Shown here: positions 27,514 through 36,091 of the stretch, piece after piece | Numbering within the stretch: position 1 is the stretch's first letter | Layout of the letters: every line of letters starts with the position of its first letter | IMG/VR virus record: IMGVR_UViG_3300026185_000029 | Length of the DNA stretch: 64,000 nt | Strand: one strand, 5' to 3' | Origin: an uncultured virus (IMG/VR IMGVR_UViG_3300026185_000029) | Taxonomy: Duplodnaviria > Heunggongvirae > Uroviricota > Caudoviricetes | Notes under the pieces: model-generated | The model's input: the letters and a program-made list of their open reading frames with translations, nothing else | What the model was told of the DNA's origin: nothing | Database searches by the model: none | Made by a program: the position numbers and the translations under genes

Positions 27514-27852
27514 ATGAATATTACCAAAGAAGAATTAATGAATATGGGCTTCGAAGTCCGTAGTGGCCACTGTCACCAAGGCGGTCACTGGTCGGACCAC
27601 GGCAATGCTGTGGTCATTGCACATCATTCTCTTCCCTCCATAGACAGCGTAAGTGTTAATTCCTATGGGGACGAAGTGGTCTCGTTCCAAGACAAAAGCC
27701 TTCCTAAGGGTGATTGTCTATGCTACTTGGGAAGTGGCGAGAACGAGGAAGAGGCATGGCAAGAGACCATGGAAGCTCTCTCAGAGTACAAAGACTGGCG
27801 TAAAGGTGCAGTCAAGAACATAGAAAAGGCCAAGAGTTTCTATGCAGTATGA
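27514..27852 (+). CDS. Hypothetical protein
   Basis: Likely ATG 27514 after AGGA. Confidence 0.65.
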   Translation: MNITKEELMNMGFEVRSGHCHQGGHWSDHGNAVVIAHHSLPSIDSVSVNSYGDEVVSFQDKSLPKGDCLCYLGSGENEEEAWQETMEALSEYKDWRKGAVKNIEKAKSFYAV

Positions 27853-28027
27853 GAAGGTTCCTGTGATCGAGGCCCCTGCCTTAATATCGTACTCTCAGAA
27901 AGACTGAGGGTACGATTATCAGTTCTGGTTGATATCTTTCTCCTTAAAGATCTTAATATCTCAGAAGAGATCTACAAGGAACAAGGATGTTTGTGTGATG
28001 AAGTGGTCATCTAATACTCTCAGGTAC

Positions 28028-28093
28028 TAGCTATTCTTTGGTAAGAGCCCTTTTAATTAAGGGAAGACCCTGTTCGATTCGGGGTATAGCTGT
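28028..28093 (+). ncRNA. Shortened tRNA-like element
   Basis: TAGCTAT/ATAGCTG, mini D arm TCTT/AAGA, CCCTT-TTAATT-AAGGG (6-nt loop), CCCTG-TTCGATT-CGGGG. Confidence 0.6.
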
Positions 28094-28120
28094 TTTAAAA
28101 TAATAATAGGTGATATATAT

Positions 28121-28360
28121 ATGTCCAAAGAGTATGAGGGGATTATAATTTTCTTTGCCTTGCTATTTGGCTTTATAGGTTTAGTAGCCTTATCTGAAGG
28201 TATGTTATATAACTTCAACCTCCTGCCTCGTGCAGAGTGTGGGAGTTTAGAAAGAGTGACTAAAGGCTTCGGGGTAACATCCGAAGTTCTCTGTAGATAC
28301 GAGGATGGTACTCTGATTGAGCCTCCTTTGGTTTACAAGAATGGGAGAGAATTACGATAA
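28121..28360 (+). CDS. Small membrane protein
   Basis: N-terminal hydrophobic helix, two Cys. Confidence 0.6.
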   Translation: MSKEYEGIIIFFALLFGFIGLVALSEGMLYNFNLLPRAECGSLERVTKGFGVTSEVLCRYEDGTLIEPPLVYKNGRELR

Positions 28361-28384
28361 GAAGAAGGAAGTAAAGGAGGTATA

Positions 28385-29776
28385 CTACTTAACTGTAATA
28401 GTGGTATGAATGTCTAATTCTTTAGCGCGTTCATCTACTGCTTTCTTTATCTTCTTTAGGATTGAGTCTCTCCTACGGTTATCACGAGGTTCAATAGAGA
28501 CCCCGTCATATTGATAAAGAGTTATAACAAACTGTTTAGTCTCTATGGCCAAATCAAATATTGGTTCTAGTAATAGAGCTTCATATTCACTAATCTCTTC
28601 TGAAATTATAGAGAGATGATTGGAGTTATATATCCCATTCTTCATAAAAGAATAAGGGTTATGTTTTACTCCTAGTGAAGTAATGTGTTCTTCCTTTGAG
28701 GCCAAAGTTTTAAGAACTCTTGATTTAGCCTTAAGAATCTCTGTGATAATAGGGTGGGAAAGGAACACTTCCTTCTTTTCACCTAGAGTCCTTTCAGCAT
28801 GTAATACTATCTGGTTTTGTGACATGCCATACACTGCACTATAAAGTAAAGTTTTGAGATTAGACTTTGATTCTTTATCTAAGGGGTTCATCCCTAAGGT
28901 GGGCATTATGATCTCCCAGATAGATTTACCAGTAGAGAGAATTTCTTGGAGGTATGGGATTTCCCATAATTTAGCGACTATTGCTAGGTGAGCATTTTGT
29001 AAATCAAGCTCTATCCAGTGTTCTGTTAAAATGTCTCTAAGATAACTATGGACACTTTGAAGTCCTCTATTTACCTCAAAGAATCTGACAGTGTTTCCTG
29101 TGAGGCTTGGGAGATATATAGGCTGTGCTTGTTCTCTTACTTGTTGAAGTATATTCAATTGGTCCATATAGCAGTTAGGATTAACTATTGGATTTCCATT
29201 AGAGTCTGTGTCAAATAAAGCTTCACAAGCTAGAGGTAAACGATCGATAACCTTACTAAATCGATTTGAAGGTAAGCGATTTAAATAAGTCATAAATTTC
29301 AAGATGATAGGTGGAGTATTACTAAGAGATAAGTAAAGATGGCTTAACTTTAAATCTTCTTCTTTCAGGATCTTTAAGTTATTCTTACTTACAAGTCTAC
29401 CATTGTCTATGAAACAACGTTTAGCCCTTTTATCAAAATTGGTAAGTTCCTTAGAAATAAGATTGGAGAGCTCAGGGCTAGGCTTAAATGAGGCGTGTCT
29501 ACAAATATGCCTCACTGGACTATAAGATGAAACCTGATATGATAAGACATTCTGCTTGAACTCTTTTATAAACTTAAGGGCTATAAATCTATGTCTTATT
29601 AAGTCGTCTAAAACTCTATAGTCTCTGGCTACTTGATATATTCCAATAGGAACTTTTGAGTAGTCTTGGGCAAAGCACAGTCTAGACATATGTCTCCAGT
29701 GCCCCCAGTTATCAGCAAGTCCTGGGTAAAGATTTAACAAAGCTTTGCGAAACTCAACGGTGCAGGTTCTCTTCAT
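28385..29776 (-). CDS. Family-A polymerase-like protein, paralogue 2
   Basis: Close paralogue of 17986 (MKRTCTVEFR start; WIELDLQNAH; KTLLYSAVYGMS; LYQYDGV). Confidence 0.7.
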   Translation of the reverse strand: MKRTCTVEFRKALLNLYPGLADNWGHWRHMSRLCFAQDYSKVPIGIYQVARDYRVLDDLIRHRFIALKFIKEFKQNVLSYQVSSYSPVRHICRHASFKPSPELSNLISKELTNFDKRAKRCFIDNGRLVSKNNLKILKEEDLKLSHLYLSLSNTPPIILKFMTYLNRLPSNRFSKVIDRLPLACEALFDTDSNGNPIVNPNCYMDQLNILQQVREQAQPIYLPSLTGNTVRFFEVNRGLQSVHSYLRDILTEHWIELDLQNAHLAIVAKLWEIPYLQEILSTGKSIWEIIMPTLGMNPLDKESKSNLKTLLYSAVYGMSQNQIVLHAERTLGEKKEVFLSHPIITEILKAKSRVLKTLASKEEHITSLGVKHNPYSFMKNGIYNSNHLSIISEEISEYEALLLEPIFDLAIETKQFVITLYQYDGVSIEPRDNRRRDSILKKIKKAVDERAKELDIHTTITVK

Positions 29777-30265
29777 AGTATAATAGTAAACAATCGTGAT
29801 CATTTACAAATATACTCTTTAGCTATTTATAATAGTTGAGGAGTTTTTTTATAAAAGTGCGCCGGTTTTCCAATGATTCAGTTAAGGAAAAATGGATGAA
29901 AGCTTAACCTCTCCTTACTTACAAGGTTTACCCCTTGCGATACAAGGGAGTGTCCCATCCCCTGCCCCCCTCCTCGACGGTTCCTTAAGTATATATTCTT
30001 AAGTAACTTGAATTTCTTCGGGATTGTACCAGGGATGTCCCTATAAGGGTTAGGAGATTTCGTATTCTTCCATTAACAAATTTCAATAAGCCACCTTAAT
30101 TAAATTCTCAACCCCCAGTCAAGAGACTAAATCTTAATTGACATGGTAGGTGGCGGGAATCTAATCTTCTATAAGAAGCATTAGGTTGCACTAGGAATAG
30201 ACCTAGATATAGAGAATGAAGTGTGAATCCTTTTACCAATTGATAAGCTTTTCAAGAGGTAATAA

Positions 30266-30679
30266 ATGATAAGTAAAGCTCAGCAAATATCTCAATATAA
30301 AGAAACCTTAGAAGAAGAGACTTTAAAAGGTTTACTCACTAATAGTGAAGTCTTAACTCTCGTGGAACCTGAATCAGCTGTGGTGGTGGGTATCTCCTGC
30401 GCTGATGAACATGAAGGATTGCTCCTGGCAATACCGGGCGTGTATATACATCCTTTCATACGGAGAGGTAGTGGAGGTGTGTATTTAATAGCTGGGGAGA
30501 AGAAGGCTGTTAAGGAATATTTAACCCGCTATTTGTGTAACCTGGTAGACATTTTTCTATACTGGGCGTACGGAGAAAGTACCTTCAAGAGCCTGTCCGA
30601 GGAGGACTATCTAAAAGTCTTTAAAGAGGCTCTAGAAGAAAAATACTCTAACTATGTAGAGTACATCAATAGCTTATGA
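30266..30679 (+). CDS. Hypothetical protein
   Basis: 137 aa, GAGGT RBS. Confidence 0.65.
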   Translation: MISKAQQISQYKETLEEETLKGLLTNSEVLTLVEPESAVVVGISCADEHEGLLLAIPGVYIHPFIRRGSGGVYLIAGEKKAVKEYLTRYLCNLVDIFLYWAYGESTFKSLSEEDYLKVFKEALEEKYSNYVEYINSL

Positions 30680-30957
30680 TTATGATTAGCTATATAGTTA
30701 GAGTTCTTGGGTGGGCTATTAGATTCAATCGTGGATATAGATAAAAGGGTTTAAACCCCTTCTCTAACTCTTAATGTAAATAGAAAGAAGATGAAAGAAA
30801 AATTAACCAAATACTTAGTATTTATAAATGGGGTTCCAGGATCCTTGGAAGTTATAGCTTCCTCAGTAGATGAGGCTGTAAAGAAACTTCCGTTTGGATC
30901 TCCAGAGATGATCCAATATATAGAAGAAGTAAAGGTAAAATAATAAGAGAGAGAATA

Positions 30958-31161
30958 ATGAATACTGCAGAGAAGTACAGAACAGAACTCTTTGAGATGA
31001 TTGTGGCTAACCGAGGTTTATTCCCTGGTGTAGCCAACCCAGAAGTAGCTTTGAAAGGTTGCTCTGAGGAAGTTATAGAGGCAGCTATTAAAAAGGCTAA
31101 TAAGCCTCGTAAAGCAGCCAAGCCTATCAAAAAGATTTGGCCTTCTTACCACAATCATTAA
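30958..31161 (+). CDS. Hypothetical protein
   Basis: 67-aa ORF. Confidence 0.55.
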   Translation: MNTAEKYRTELFEMIVANRGLFPGVANPEVALKGCSEEVIEAAIKKANKPRKAAKPIKKIWPSYHNH

Positions 31162-31168
31162 TCTGCAT

Positions 31169-31510
31169 ATGACGCATATGACGAAGCTGATAAGGTTTAT
31201 AGGCCATCTGTTAGACGCAGCTGAGTACGAACAGATGGAAGATTTTCACTTAGAAGAAGACTATGGAGTCATAACTTTCACCTGCCCTGAAGGCAGTGTT
31301 GAATTTCTATCCGCACAGTATGGAGACATATTTGAATTCCGGGTAGATCCAACATGGCCTCTTGAGTTAGATAGTAATACTATCCGCTTAGTCTTAGGAG
31401 AAAGAGATAATGTAAATACCTATCTACAGGAGAAGGTATTAGCATTAGCTAGTAGTAAAGGAGGTGATATAGATCAAGAGATATTAAATTTGTGGTCTAA
31501 GGTCCTTTAG
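31169..31510 (+). CDS. Hypothetical protein
   Basis: 113-aa ORF. Confidence 0.6.
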   Translation: MTHMTKLIRFIGHLLDAAEYEQMEDFHLEEDYGVITFTCPEGSVEFLSAQYGDIFEFRVDPTWPLELDSNTIRLVLGERDNVNTYLQEKVLALASSKGGDIDQEILNLWSKVL

Positions 31511-31519
31511 TTTTACCCA

Positions 31520-31591
31520 CCCCTTATAGCTCAATGGTAGAGCAGCCGACTCTTAATCGGAAGGTTGATGGTTCGAGTCCATCTAGGGGGA
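31520..31591 (+). tRNA. tRNA-Lys(CTT)
   Basis: CCCCTTA/TAGGGGG, CCGA-CTCTTAA-TCGG, GATGG-TTCGAGT-CCATC. Confidence 0.85.
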
Positions 31592-31616
31592 TTTTATACG
31601 TTATGAGGAATATGAT

Positions 31617-32039
31617 ATGACTGAAGTTTATGATATGAATGAAATTATGGTGAACCTAACATTGCATCTTGGATTCTATAATGTGGCCCTTGAAGTCGGG
31701 CCTAATGAATTCAAGAATATGGACGAAGTATTTGACTACTTTGGGGATCCAGCAGCGGTTCCACTTAAAACAGTTGCTGCAGCTACTGCAACTGCTTACA
31801 TCACGTTAAGTCAATTAAAAGTATTGACTGACAAATACAAACCTATAAAAATACGAGAAGTTAGAAATTGGGGTATTGAGGTGTCTATTACACTGGGCTA
31901 TGATCTAGGTAAGCTAGGGATAGATCAAGTGAAGTTGTTGAACTTGGGGGGTGAACCTCCTCATATTCATGAGTTCAAAGAGCTTGCCATCCTCTTCCCG
32001 AGTGTAGTGGAAACAGACAGTAAAGTCTTGGATACTTAG
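31617..32039 (+). CDS. Hypothetical protein
   Basis: 140 aa, GAGGA RBS. Confidence 0.65.
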   Translation: MTEVYDMNEIMVNLTLHLGFYNVALEVGPNEFKNMDEVFDYFGDPAAVPLKTVAAATATAYITLSQLKVLTDKYKPIKIREVRNWGIEVSITLGYDLGKLGIDQVKLLNLGGEPPHIHEFKELAILFPSVVETDSKVLDT

Positions 32040-32051
32040 TTGTTCTTCCTT

Positions 32052-32124
32052 TCTTTTATAGCTTAATTGGTAAAGCGTTAATCACAACTGATTGAAGATG
32101 ATGGTTCGAGTCCATCTAGAGGAA
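32052..32124 (+). ncRNA. tRNA-like element with closed anticodon arm
   Basis: Same T arm as the 31520 tRNA; TTAATCA-CAAC-TGATTGA. Confidence 0.7.
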
Positions 32125-32150
32125 TTTGTTTATATTACGAGGAATATGAT

Positions 32151-32534
32151 ATGAGTTTAGCTACAAAGATGAAAGCCCAGCTACCTCCTCCAAGAGTGGA
32201 GGAATACTGGCGACGCGTAGGGTACTACGAGGTACCACGCAACAAAGAGGCTTACGCAATCTGCTGTTCAATTATTGAGGAAGCTGTTAAAGAAGGATGC
32301 GGTAGTATCCTCCTTTATCTAGACCGGACTTTAGAGTCGCAACTTCGCTACGTAGACAAAGGGTTTAACTATGAAGCCTATGCTTTAGTAGAGATGCTGA
32401 AGCAGGAAGGCTTCGAGGTGATTCAGAATAAAGTAGACGAGGATCTTGAGATCCTAGTTTCATGGACTAAAGATCCTCGTTATCCCACTAAAAAGAAAGA
32501 GGGAGAATCTATTGTAGTTAAGATTCCGCAGTAG
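32151..32534 (+). CDS. Hypothetical protein (paralogue of 34310)
   Basis: W.+.GY..P.N.+AY..C...IE.AV.EG.GS...LE...FNYE...VSWT..P.Y shared. Confidence 0.75.
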   Translation: MSLATKMKAQLPPPRVEEYWRRVGYYEVPRNKEAYAICCSIIEEAVKEGCGSILLYLDRTLESQLRYVDKGFNYEAYALVEMLKQEGFEVIQNKVDEDLEILVSWTKDPRYPTKKKEGESIVVKIPQ

Positions 32535-32542
32535 AAGTGATA

Positions 32543-32615
32543 TCTCTTATAGCTTAATTGGTAAAGCGTCAATCACAACTGATTGGAGATGATGGTTCGA
32601 TTCCATCTAAGAGTT
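32543..32615 (+). ncRNA. tRNA-like element with closed anticodon arm
   Basis: Near copy of 32052 with compensatory changes: TCAATCA-CAAC-TGATTGG. Confidence 0.7.
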
Positions 32616-32645
32616 TTTGTTTTAAAGATTATTATTAGTGATATA

Positions 32646-33143
32646 ATGAACACATTAACATTAACATTTCTCTACAAGGGTGAGGAGAAAGAAATTGAGG
32701 TCCCTCACCTCTCCAGAACCCAATTAGCTAAAGGGTTCTCCTATTGGCGCCGTAATTGGTGCTTACCTCGCATTAAGATACTGTTAGATGGGGTCTATCT
32801 AGAGTATCGTAGTGTAAGAGATAATGGCAATATACCTTTAAAGGGGTATTTTGCAGTGGGAGAATTACCTTTCACTGTATCCTTCAACTACAACATCTTC
32901 ACAAAACAGACCTCTAACTTAAAGGTCTATTATACAGGAGATGCTTTACATTGCCCTTTACCCACCTCTCGCAATACGTTTGTTACCTGGGACGAGGTGT
33001 ATGTCCCCGAAAGCGGGGACTACAGTTATCAAGAGATAGCTGAGTACGGCCTCCCCGGCTGGAAAGACATTCAGTTAGCCTATGATGGAACTGTCACGGC
33101 CATCCGTGCGGATGACAAAGTATTTACATTTACTAAGGAGTAA
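32646..33143 (+). CDS. Hypothetical protein (paralogue of 19686)
   Basis: Likely ATG 32646; the track start overlaps the tRNA-like element. Confidence 0.7.
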   Translation: MNTLTLTFLYKGEEKEIEVPHLSRTQLAKGFSYWRRNWCLPRIKILLDGVYLEYRSVRDNGNIPLKGYFAVGELPFTVSFNYNIFTKQTSNLKVYYTGDALHCPLPTSRNTFVTWDEVYVPESGDYSYQEIAEYGLPGWKDIQLAYDGTVTAIRADDKVFTFTKE

Positions 33144-33147
33144 CTAA

Positions 33148-33711
33148 ATGATCACCATTAGTTATAAGGAAGTTCTAGAACGGAAGGCGGAACTTCTCCG
33201 TAAGCTGCTAAAAGTAGAGGAACAATTGGCAGCTCTCGAACAGCAAAACGAGGATAATACTGATCCTGTAAATCAGGAGCCTCATACTGTTCATGACTAT
33301 GAGGAGTCATGGCTCAGGAAAGAAAAGGATAGATCTTTAACTGTTATCAAATATTCAGATATGGAGATCGGCCATCTAGTCAACACAATGTGTTGGCTTT
33401 CCTCCCGGGTAGTTCCGAGTGATTACTGGCAGGATGGTGATAGAGACATAGCCTTTAAGCGGGTATGCTGGCAACTCGCAAAAAGGTCTAGAGCGGAGGA
33501 GGTCTCTGTGACCTTTGAACAAGCCTTAGAGGCTGGACTATGCGAGGGAGGAATTAAAAGATTCCTTAAACGCTCTGGATACGGGTCCAGCCTACCAGGG
33601 GGGCCTAAGAGTGTCAAACTTAGTTACATCATTAACAAAGCGATGTGGCATCCTTACCACATCGCTCGTTTGGTGCGGTATGTATACCGTAACCACTGGC
33701 CCGAAGCCTAA
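33148..33711 (+). CDS. Hypothetical protein
   Basis: 187 aa, AAGGAG RBS, N-terminal coiled coil, GLCEGGI motif. Confidence 0.7.
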   Translation: MITISYKEVLERKAELLRKLLKVEEQLAALEQQNEDNTDPVNQEPHTVHDYEESWLRKEKDRSLTVIKYSDMEIGHLVNTMCWLSSRVVPSDYWQDGDRDIAFKRVCWQLAKRSRAEEVSVTFEQALEAGLCEGGIKRFLKRSGYGSSLPGGPKSVKLSYIINKAMWHPYHIARLVRYVYRNHWPEA

Positions 33712-33729
33712 AGCTTGAGGTGTAGAAAA

Positions 33730-33810
33730 AGATATATAGCTTAATAGGTAAAGCATTTATTAGAGGACAACCTTTAATAGAAGATACAGGTTCGAATCCT
33801 GTTATATCTA
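33730..33810 (+). ncRNA. tRNA-like element with 11-bp closed anticodon arm
   Basis: AGATATA/TATATCT, D arm GCTT/AAGC, TTTATTAGAGG-ACAA-CCTTTAATAGA, ACAGG-TTCGAAT-CCTGT. Confidence 0.72.
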
Positions 33811-33945
33811 TTCCCTCCTAAGGAACAATAGAATAACTATCAGGTAGTTCTTAATTAAATTGCCTGATGGTTGTTTTATTGACTAAAAAGGAGAGACAGA
33901 GTTTTATATACTAGTTGGACGAGTTAAGTCCTAAGGATTTAAGTT

Positions 33946-34152
33946 ATGACTTACAGAGGATTTGAAACTTACACCATCTACAACCTAGATGGTACTGTAG
34001 AAATTGAGGGTTGGCCTCCTACTGGTACTCAAACTTATTCAGTTACAGGAGCTACTGAAGAGTTAGCTGAAGCTGCCTTTCGATTGGCTGTAGACATTTA
34101 CTTTTTAGAGGAGGTACTACAGTTAAACAACTTATATCCTTTAATTGTCTAA
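33946..34152 (+). CDS. HicB-like antitoxin N-terminal domain protein
   Basis: MTYRGF...VTGATEELAEAAFRLAVDIYF matches the HicB pattern YKGY..G.T.EE...AF..AVD.Y. Confidence 0.5.
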   Translation: MTYRGFETYTIYNLDGTVEIEGWPPTGTQTYSVTGATEELAEAAFRLAVDIYFLEEVLQLNNLYPLIV

Positions 34153-34159
34153 TAGATTC

Positions 34160-34274
34160 GCAGTGATGGCTGAAATGTAACAGCACTATATACAACTAGC
34201 TAGCAAGGAGTATATAGGTATATTTATTGGGTAGCGCCTAATAGATATTAGAGGTTCAAGTCCTCTTTACTGCT
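34160..34274 (+). ncRNA. Class II (long variable arm) tRNA-like element with expanded anticodon arm
   Basis: GCAGTGA/TTACTGC, TGGCTGAAAT D region, CTATATAC..GTATATAG, long variable hairpin, AGAGG-TTCAAGT-CCTCT. Confidence 0.6.
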
Positions 34275-34309
34275 TGATAAATCGTACGTTTACTGAGGAT
34301 CAATCTCGG

Positions 34310-34684
34310 ATGGATTTAGCACAACAAATGGAAAAAAGATTAGATACTATCAAGCGTGAGAATTGGGAAAAGAAAGGTTACTCTAAACCTCCTGAAAATC
34401 GAAAGGCGTATTTAAAGTGTCTCACCTTCATTGAGCAAGCAGTCGAGGAGGGAAAAGGATCGTGCTATCTACTTCTTTCTACACGTCTTGAAGAACATGA
34501 AAGTGAAGTAGGAGACTTTAACTATGAATCCTTAGAGGTAAAGAGACTCTTAGAAGACAATGGGGGCTTCAAAGTCGAGAAAGTTCGGGAGGACGAATGC
34601 ACAGGTGTTGTGTATGAAGTCTCCTGGACAAATAATCCTGAGTATGGGACTCAAACAAAAGTTAAGGTAGTCCGAGTGCGATAA
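34310..34684 (+). CDS. Hypothetical protein (paralogue of 32151)
   Basis: Likely ATG 34310 after GAGGA. Confidence 0.72.
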   Translation: MDLAQQMEKRLDTIKRENWEKKGYSKPPENRKAYLKCLTFIEQAVEEGKGSCYLLLSTRLEEHESEVGDFNYESLEVKRLLEDNGGFKVEKVREDECTGVVYEVSWTNNPEYGTQTKVKVVRVR

Positions 34685-34691
34685 AAGTAGG

Positions 34692-34723
34692 GCAGTGAAG
34701 TGGTTCAAATCCTCTTCACTGCT
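34692..34723 (+). ncRNA. tRNA minihelix (acceptor stem + T arm only), duplicate of the 34160 element ends
   Basis: GCAGTGA-AGTGG-TTCAAAT-CCTCT-TCACTGC. Confidence 0.6.
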
Positions 34724-34837
34724 TGGTGGATGCATCGATAAGACTAACAAAGTTGGATTAAGTAAGGATATATTTTTAGGAATAGAGATGTATTCTTACT
34801 TAATTCTATTGAGTATCAGTTATCATTTTTTTAACAA

Positions 34838-35238
34838 GGGGTCGTCCTGGTTTAGACATAATTGCTTAACTTTACAGTGCAGGTAGAGAGTAGGTCATCT
34901 CTCTTTAATAAAAGATCTGAACGAATAAATGCTAACAACATCGTTCCTTTCGCTCGTAAGGCTGCTTTTGTAGTTGCCTAAATGGGTACTCTTAATCTCT
35001 TTCCATTGGGGATTAGGATTAAACCTAAGATGGATGCATTCTTAATATCTTATTTTCAGTACGAAGGATTAAGAATAAAGATAATCACTGAAACAACCTA
35101 TTCCTTCTAGGGTTAAAGAAGGATCCCATTCTGAGGATTAGAAGAATTCTGTGTATACTGGATATATGTATACTAAACCTGTGAATGAATTGTAAAGAAT
35201 GGCCTTTATGGACAGCGGTTCGATTCCGCTCGACTCCA
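34838..35238 (+). ncRNA. ssrA: tmRNA; tag ANNIVPFARKAAFVVA (34931..34981)
   Basis: GGGGTCG/CGACTCC acceptor with G3:U, GCGG-TTCGATT-CCGC T arm, resume context ATAAAT-GCT-AAC, cyanobacterial-type tag; CCA not encoded. Confidence 0.95.
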
Positions 35239-35278
35239 TTCCATAAGTTTTGATAGATTTATAGATTGATAGATTCTA

Positions 35279-35351
35279 GGAGATATAGCTCAGTGGTTAG
35301 AGCGTCCGACTCATAATCGGAATGTCGTAGGTTCGAATCCTACTATCTCTA
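35279..35351 (+). tRNA. tRNA with CAT anticodon
   Basis: GGAGATA/TATCTCT, TCCGA-CTCATAA-TCGGA, GTAGG-TTCGAAT-CCTAC. Confidence 0.92.
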
Positions 35352-35372
35352 TGCCTAACAAGATAAGACACA

Positions 35373-35648
35373 ATGAAAAAGACAAACATTAGGCTAAGTA
35401 TAATCATTTTTTCTCTTCCTATACTTTTGTTACAAGGCTGTGTGGGAATAGCCTCGATGCAAGAGATGGAAGCCAGATGTGAAGCTGTGTACGGACGAGA
35501 AGAGGGAGTTAATGTCACCGTTAAAAAGGTAGGAGCTACAGGCCCCTTTAAGTGTCTTGTGAAAGAAGAAAAAGGTGATATCTTAGGAACATTCCATTGG
35601 ATTCCTACTGAGCAGGAGATGAAGGAAGTTATAGAAGATGTACATTGA
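35373..35648 (+). CDS. Putative lipoprotein (paralogue of 35831)
   Basis: Signal peptide + LLQGC lipobox; SM.EM..RC..VYG..EGV.VTV.KV...P.KC.V...FHWIPTE. Confidence 0.75.
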   Translation: MKKTNIRLSIIIFSLPILLLQGCVGIASMQEMEARCEAVYGREEGVNVTVKKVGATGPFKCLVKEEKGDILGTFHWIPTEQEMKEVIEDVH

Positions 35649-35830
35649 GATTAATATTTACACTATTAATCCCAATGAATATATCTAATACCTCTGAGTT
35701 AACCTTAACTATATTAGGTTCTACGTTACATGACTTTATAGATCTTCATACTGAGTGTTCTGATATCAGTAAGTTAGGGTCTACCAGTCTGAAGAAGAAT
35801 TAACTTCAAAGAAGAAGGTAATTAGGAATT

Positions 35831-36091
35831 ATGAATATCACAAAGACTCAGCTAATTATGGTAGCTTTAGCTTTTCTATTCTCTAGCGGTTGCGCTAATA
35901 TTCTTTCAATGGAAGAGATGCAGCGCCGTTGTAATGTTGTATACGGAGGTGAAGGGGTTGAAGTAACGGTTAGAAAGGTTAATAACTCTACCCCTTATAA
36001 ATGTATAGTTCGCCGGGAGGGCGAATGGTTTGGAAGTTTTCATTGGATTCCTACTGAGGAGCAGGTAGAGCAGAATGGCACCAGGAACTAA
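35831..36091 (+). CDS. Putative lipoprotein (paralogue of 35373)
   Basis: Signal peptide + FSSGC lipobox; shared motifs. Confidence 0.75.
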   Translation: MNITKTQLIMVALAFLFSSGCANILSMEEMQRRCNVVYGGEGVEVTVRKVNNSTPYKCIVRREGEWFGSFHWIPTEEQVEQNGTRN

